Positions 58,942 through 64,000 of a stretch of 64,000 nucleotides of DNA are shown piece after piece. Positions within the stretch are counted from its first letter, which is position 1. Each line of letters starts with the position of its first letter. The notes under the pieces are model-generated. The model searched no databases. It worked only from the letters and a program-made list of their open reading frames with translations, and was not told the DNA's origin. A program made the translations under genes and the position numbers. This DNA is from an uncultured Anaerolineaceae bacterium (GTDB lineage Bacteria; Chloroflexota; Anaerolineae; Anaerolineales; Villigracilaceae): contig CAZASG010000002.1 of assembly GCA_964487745.1 (NCBI GenBank), positions 46,360-110,359 of the forward strand. Reading direction: 5' to 3'.

Positions 58942-61900
58942 TTATCCTTTTTTATCGTTTTCTATCTCTGCAGGCGTAATTGAAAAATAATCACGCCTAC
59001 CTTTAAACCCACTATTGAAGTTTATTTCTCGCCAATGCGCGGGCAGATCGGGATTTGTAGAAAGCACTTCATTGCTGGTGTCCAATCCGGCAAAGGCACG
59101 CAGAACGAAGAAGGCTGTCCCCGTCATTACCCCGGCGTGGATACCTTCCTTTGTCGTGCCGCCCTGAATATCGACATAGTCGCTTTGCAGGGCTTGGGTG
59201 TAGAGTTGCCAGCTCAACTGCTTATCGCCGAGCAGGTGTGCCAGATAAGCGTGAACAAGCCGACTTAAGGTCGATCCGTGCGATGTTCGTTGAAGGTAGT
59301 AATCGAAATTTTTCCGCAAAAAATCTTCGGGCAGTGTAATGCCCAAATCCATCAGCACTTTTTTGACCTGTTCCTCGCCGAGAACGTAGAAGATCATCAG
59401 GGCATCGGCTTGTTTCGCGACCTTGTAATCGTCAGCTGATTTACCCTCGGCTTTCAGGATGCGATCCATACGATGGATATTGCCATACGTCTCGTGGTAA
59501 TGCGCCCAATCGAGTTCCTTCAGATCGAAATAGCCTTCAAATTGTTCGAGAATACCCTCTTCACTGATCGGGACGGCAAGACGCTGCGAAATGTTGCGCC
59601 ACCGCGTCAGTTCATCATTTGAGAGCTGCAATTTCTCAAGCAACGTAGTTTTTGCCTTTTCACTCATTTTTGTGAGCAGATTAAAAGCGCGTTGCAACGA
59701 CCACGCTACAAGGATATTTGTATAGCTATTATTTTTTAGCCCACCCTCGCTGGCGCCTGGGTATTTCTCATGGAACTCGTCCGGGCCCATCACGCCGTGA
59801 ATGTCATAACGCGCGCTTTCTTCATTGAATAGAGTCTTGTCCGCCCAAAAACGACAGACTTCCAAAAAGACTTCCGCGCCGTGATCTTCCAGAAAATCCT
59901 GGTCTTCATTCACCCACAGATAATCCCAGATATTGTAGGCGACCGCCAAATTTACATGCCGTTGCAGCGTGCTAAAATCCGCGCCCCATTTTCCCGAAAG
60001 CGGGTTTAGATGCAAGGTCTGCGTTTCCTCGCCTCCGCTGCTCCCACTCTGCCAAGGGTACATTGCCCCTGTAAACCCATGCGCATTGGCATAGGCTCGC
60101 GCCGCATCCAGACGGCGGCAACGATACATAAGAATGGAGCGTGCCGTCTCAGGCAAATGTAAATTCAAGAAAGGCAGAATATACAACTCGTCCCAAAAAA
60201 CATGTCCTCGGTAGGCTTCTCCGCTCAAACCACGCGCGGGAATACCGGCATCCAGCCCCGCGTTATGGGGCGACGCCGTCAACATAGTGTGATAAAGATG
60301 CAGACGAATCAGTTTCTGCGAGATGCGGTCGCCCTCGATCCGGATGTCGATCTTCTCCCAGATCTTTTCCCAGGCAGATGCGCTAGTTTTGCAAAGCTCA
60401 TCAAAACTCTTCATTTTGGATAGCACATTCTGCGCCGCATCAAGCGGACGATCAACCTGCTCCTGGTTGGATGCATAGATCGCCACCAATTTATCTACTG
60501 ATAAAGGGACGCCTTTTTTGGCATCTACCGTAAAAGTCGTCGTCGCCCGCGCCTTCGTATGGACTTGCTCAAAAGTAGGCGTAATCTCTGTTCCACCAAG
60601 AGATACTTCCAAATGTGCTGCCTCGCCGATCAAAATTTCCGATTGATTGGTCTTCACAAGCAACACGCTCTGCGCTCCGTCTCCCTCGACCTTTACCCCT
60701 TCGAGATGCCTGGAACTCAAATCCCTGTAACGCGCCACTCCCGAATTAATGATCTCCCCGTCCAGCATCGAACGGATGGTGATCTTCCCTTCATAATTCA
60801 GCGGCGTGATCTCATAACGCAACCCGGCCAAATGCGGGTCGTCCATACTCGCCAAACGCTGCGAGATGATTTTTGTCTGATGTCCTTCGGCGTCTTCAAT
60901 GACCATTTCGCGTCGTACTATCCCCGTGCGGAAATCGAGACAGCGGGTAATCTCCAAGATACTCCAACCGCCGCCCTCGGCGGCGGGGACGAACCATTCT
61001 CCATCTCCAACTTTGAAGGTAATCGGCAACCAATTCGGCACATTTACAAAATCTTCATTGCTAACCGTGCGCCCGCTGACTTCCGATTCAAGACGATTGT
61101 AAAGTCCAGCGATATAAGTGCCGGGATAATTATGCTCGTCAGCAAAACTCTCTTCAAGCGCGCCGCGTGTGCCAAAATAACCATTCCCCACGCTCAAAAG
61201 CGTTTCTCTTGTTCCTTCGAGTTCAGGTGCATAATCGTCATAGTGGATCGACCATTTTTCATCTTCCAGCCCCTTAGTAAACCATTGGTCAATTTTTTCT
61301 ATATCAATTTCGGAAAGGTCTTCCACAACAATATCCGCGCCATTAATGCGGAGTGCCTGCATATTATCTTCACGCGCCACACCAAGTACCAATCCAAATC
61401 CCCCATTGCATCCCGCCTGCACCCCGGAGATGGCATCCTCCACGACGACGGCACGATCATAGGCAACGCCCAAATTATCACAAGCAGTCGTGAAAATATC
61501 TGTCTGGGGCTTACCCTGTAAACCTAACTCCGCCGAGACAACACCGTCCACGCGGGTTTCGATCATTCCCAACAAGCCAACTGTTTCCAGTACGACTTTC
61601 GCATTCTTGCTGGACGATGCCACTCCGATACGGATGTCTGCATCCCGCAGGGCGTGCATCAGGTCAACGGTGCCCTGATAGACATTTACATTCCCGGCTT
61701 TGATAATCTTATTGAAGAGTTCATTCTTGCGATTGCCGAGCCCACAAACACTCTCTTGGACTGGTGTATCGGTGGGGTCGCCAAAAGGCAATTCAATGCC
61801 ACGCGATTTAAGAAAAGATGCCACGCCCTGATAACGGGGCTTGCCATCTACATAGGAAAGATAATCTTCCTCGTGTGTAAACTCACGGAAGGGAGTATTA

Positions 61901-62028
61901 GTTTTCTCAGCGTGAGAACGCAGAAATTCATCGAACATCTGCTTCCAGGCAACGCTATGTGTGGCAGCGGTGTCTGTGATAACCCCGTCGAGGTCGAAGA
62001 TGACGGCATCAAAATGATGTTTGGTCAT
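58942..62028 (-). CDS. fusion protein: N-terminal HAD-type beta-phosphoglucomutase + GH65 (maltose/trehalose/kojibiose-type) glycoside phosphorylase
   Basis: 1,028 aa. The N-terminus is FDAVIFDLDGVITDT...VASSSKNA...VVEDAISGVQAG (beta-PGM motifs I-III). About 800 aa of the GH65 pattern follow (YFGTRGA..., GEAYRGHVFWD, HINGVMGPDE-like HGVMGPDEF). Confidence 0.8.
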   Translation of the reverse strand: MTKHHFDAVIFDLDGVITDTAATHSVAWKQMFDEFLRSHAEKTNTPFREFTHEEDYLSYVDGKPRYQGVASFLKSRGIELPFGDPTDTPVQESVCGLGNRKNELFNKIIKAGNVNVYQGTVDLMHALRDADIRIGVASSSKNAKVVLETVGLLGMIETRVDGVVSAELGLQGKPQTDIFTTACDNLGVAYDRAVVVEDAISGVQAGCNGGFGLVLGVAREDNMQALRINGADIVVEDLSEIDIEKIDQWFTKGLEDEKWSIHYDDYAPELEGTRETLLSVGNGYFGTRGALEESFADEHNYPGTYIAGLYNRLESEVSGRTVSNEDFVNVPNWLPITFKVGDGEWFVPAAEGGGWSILEITRCLDFRTGIVRREMVIEDAEGHQTKIISQRLASMDDPHLAGLRYEITPLNYEGKITIRSMLDGEIINSGVARYRDLSSRHLEGVKVEGDGAQSVLLVKTNQSEILIGEAAHLEVSLGGTEITPTFEQVHTKARATTTFTVDAKKGVPLSVDKLVAIYASNQEQVDRPLDAAQNVLSKMKSFDELCKTSASAWEKIWEKIDIRIEGDRISQKLIRLHLYHTMLTASPHNAGLDAGIPARGLSGEAYRGHVFWDELYILPFLNLHLPETARSILMYRCRRLDAARAYANAHGFTGAMYPWQSGSSGGEETQTLHLNPLSGKWGADFSTLQRHVNLAVAYNIWDYLWVNEDQDFLEDHGAEVFLEVCRFWADKTLFNEESARYDIHGVMGPDEFHEKYPGASEGGLKNNSYTNILVAWSLQRAFNLLTKMSEKAKTTLLEKLQLSNDELTRWRNISQRLAVPISEEGILEQFEGYFDLKELDWAHYHETYGNIHRMDRILKAEGKSADDYKVAKQADALMIFYVLGEEQVKKVLMDLGITLPEDFLRKNFDYYLQRTSHGSTLSRLVHAYLAHLLGDKQLSWQLYTQALQSDYVDIQGGTTKEGIHAGVMTGTAFFVLRAFAGLDTSNEVLSTNPDLPAHWREINFNSGFKGRRDYFSITPAEIENDKKG

Positions 62029-62043
62029 GGTAATAATATTTCT

Positions 62044-63396
62044 CTATTCAATCTCTATTGCGTTCTTCTCAATCACATCCCTGAACCAATAGGCACTCTG
62101 CTTGGGAATGCGTTCCAGGGTTTCATAATTAACCCGCACTAAACCAAAGCGATTGCTATAACCGCGCTCCCATTCAAAATTATCGAAAATGCTCCAAACA
62201 AAATAGCCTTTCAGGTTCACACCAAGCTTGATCGCTTCGTGCAACTCCTTCAAGTGCGCCTTGATATAGCGGATGCGGTCCCAATCTGCCACAAACTCAT
62301 TTTCATCAGGAGCATCGGGCATCGCGCATCCGTTCTCAGTAATATACAAGTCGGGGTTCCCATAATTCTCTTTGATATTCAAAACTTCCCCTTTGATACC
62401 TGCCGGATAGATGCCCCAATTCATCTCCGTTTTCCCCCAGCCGGGAGAAGAGTAAGGCGTAATACGTGCTTTATTCAAGCCGCCAAAAATATCAAAGGAG
62501 ACGAGGTCTGTGTTGTAATAATTCAATCCCAGAAAATCGATCGGCTGCTGGATGAGCTGTAGGTCACCTTCCCGGATTTGGGGTTGATGCGCGCCAATAT
62601 AATCAAAATGCCGCTGTGGATATTCCCCGTTAAATACCGGGTCGAGGAAGAGGGCATGTGTCTCATCGTGGACACGTTGGGTAGCGGCTATATCTTCTTC
62701 GCGCTCACTGGCAGGCATCAAGCCGTTCAGGTTCAGAATTAAGCCAATCTCTCCGTTATAACCACCTTCCCGGAATATCTGCACAGCCTTGCCGTGCGAC
62801 ATAAGCATGTGGTGAGCGGTTTGATAAGCCTTTGTATAATCGCAAATACCCGGAGCATGAAAGCCACTGGCGTAGCCCAAAAAGGATGCCACCCAGGGCT
62901 CATTATGCGTTGCCCAAAAATCAACTCGATCGGCAAGTTTATCGAAAAGGATCTTGGCATAATCGCCAAACCACTCCACAGAATCCCGGTTCACCCATCC
63001 ACCCAAGTCCTGGAGTAGTTGGGGAAAGTCCCAATGGTAGAGAGTGGCTTTCGGACGGATTCCAGCCTCCAGGAGAGCGTCTACGAGGCGATCATAGAAA
63101 TCCAATCCTTCGGGGTTGATCCGCCCACGTCCTTCTGGCAGAACACGCGTCCACGCAATGGTAAAGCTATAGCAGGGAATACCAAGTTCCTTAAAGAGGG
63201 CAACATCCTGCGGCATCCTGTGATAGTGGTCGCAGGCTACATCTCCGGTATCGCCGTTGAGGACATGTGCATCCCAGCGGACAAAGCGATCCCAGATGCT
63301 TTCGCCTTTACCGTCTTGATTGTATGCGCCTTCGATCTGGTATGCAGAGGCCGCTGTGCCCCATTGAAAGTTTTCAGGGAATTTGAGAGTTGTCAT
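62044..63396 (-). CDS. GH1 beta-glucosidase
   Basis: 450 aa with FPENFQWGTAASAYQIEG, TLYHWDFPQ, the acid/base THNEPW, the nucleophile ITENGCA, and WSIFDNFEW. Confidence 0.9.
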   Translation of the reverse strand: MTTLKFPENFQWGTAASAYQIEGAYNQDGKGESIWDRFVRWDAHVLNGDTGDVACDHYHRMPQDVALFKELGIPCYSFTIAWTRVLPEGRGRINPEGLDFYDRLVDALLEAGIRPKATLYHWDFPQLLQDLGGWVNRDSVEWFGDYAKILFDKLADRVDFWATHNEPWVASFLGYASGFHAPGICDYTKAYQTAHHMLMSHGKAVQIFREGGYNGEIGLILNLNGLMPASEREEDIAATQRVHDETHALFLDPVFNGEYPQRHFDYIGAHQPQIREGDLQLIQQPIDFLGLNYYNTDLVSFDIFGGLNKARITPYSSPGWGKTEMNWGIYPAGIKGEVLNIKENYGNPDLYITENGCAMPDAPDENEFVADWDRIRYIKAHLKELHEAIKLGVNLKGYFVWSIFDNFEWERGYSNRFGLVRVNYETLERIPKQSAYWFRDVIEKNAIEIE

Positions 63397-63405
63397 ATTT
63401 TTAAT

Positions 63406-64000
63406 TTAGAGGGTGCGTGCTCCATATTTTTGCATGAAGCGATAAGGATAGCCTTTTTCGAGCGCACTAACTTCGTTGAGTTTCTCTATTTCATCATTAC
63501 TCAGATCGAGATTAGCTGCACCAAGATTATCTTCAAGTTGTTTTGGCGTGCGTGCGCCAACGATGACAGAGGCGACTGCTTTTTGCCTGAGTAGCCACGC
63601 CAGTGCGATCTGTGAAATGGTTGCGCCTGCATGGGCAGCGGCGATCTCTTCCATCACGCCAAGCACGTTCCAATTCCGGGCGATATTACGACGCACCCAG
63701 GCTTCTTCAGTATCATCGGGCATTACAGCAATACGCCCTTCAGTTTTTGCATCAGTGGGACGTTGGTCTTCTTTGTACTTGCCTGTCAGGAAGCCACCGC
63801 CTAGTGGTCCCCAAGGCGTAATGCCGACGCCTTCGCTTTCGCAAAGGTCTGAGAATTCATCTTCGATATCGCGGTTGATAAGGCTGTACTGATATTGGGC
63901 GGCAACAAAACGTGCCCACCTGTTTGCATCGCTAAGTCCGAGAGATTTCATCAACTGCCAGGCTTTGAAATTGGAAACACCTATATAGCGAACTTTCCCC
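63406..64000 (-). CDS. aldo/keto reductase (5' end off the window)
   Basis: The frame is open to the window edge: GKVRYIGVSNFKAWQLMKSLG...GVGITPWGPLGGGFLTGKY...IALAWLL...VIVGARTPKQLEDNLGA. The M at 63954 in the ORF track is an internal TTG. Confidence 0.8.
   Translation of the reverse strand, partial: GKVRYIGVSNFKAWQLMKSLGLSDANRWARFVAAQYQYSLINRDIEDEFSDLCESEGVGITPWGPLGGGFLTGKYKEDQRPTDAKTEGRIAVMPDDTEEAWVRRNIARNWNVLGVMEEIAAAHAGATISQIALAWLLRQKAVASVIVGARTPKQLEDNLGAANLDLSNDEIEKLNEVSALEKGYPYRFMQKYGARTL

Noticed and set aside
60559-61521. 320-aa plus-strand ORF
   Set aside because: It lies entirely antisense to the beta-PGM::GH65 gene, whose motifs are unambiguous, and it has no recognisable domain.

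Overview
Bacterial chromosomal window with about 45 protein-coding genes. I saw no rRNA, tRNA, CRISPR array, transposase or integrase. All domain calls come from reading motifs by eye, not from database searches. Layout, left to right: (1) 1-3629, minus strand: a SpoU-type methyltransferase and two divergent MtnA/eIF-2B-family isomerase paralogues that bracket an AT-rich lipoprotein gene which looks frameshifted. (2) 3817-8906: a complete group-3b-type (sulfhydrogenase-like, HydB-G-D-A order) [NiFe]-hydrogenase operon. It is preceded by, and translationally coupled to, a stand-alone cNMP-binding-domain protein, and followed by its maturation protease. (3) 8952-33850: an accessory block that I consider the most unusual part. 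It holds a 3,509-aa exported mosaic protein with an NHL propeller, three different ABC-type solute-binding folds, eight copies of a ~150-180-aa Cys/Asp-rich module I do not recognise, and TSP3-like and PKD domains. It also holds a small exported Gly/Pro-rich peptide and two large paralogous Asp-box (BNR-like) proteins. One paralogue carries the same module plus a ~220-aa insertion with two CXXCH haem-c motifs. Between the paralogues sit a multi-TM GAF histidine kinase, a NarL-type response regulator and a small receiver-like protein. (4) 34092-49914: a 15-gene co-directional cluster with a Liv-type ABC transporter, two acyl-CoA ligases, a DUF35/thiolase pair, a KAS-III-like enzyme, an SDR and three alpha/beta hydrolases. 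(5) 49998-55110: an AT-rich patch with a membrane-anchored LCM-type methyltransferase, flanked by a degenerate duplicate of the 3' end of the neighbouring MalT-N/TPR/SARP-C regulator. (6) 55220-64000: a tightly packed glycoside-phosphorylase operon (AKR, GH1, beta-PGM::GH65 fusion, two tandem uridine-kinase/PRK-like kinases, a GH13_18-like phosphorylase and a SAM methyltransferase).
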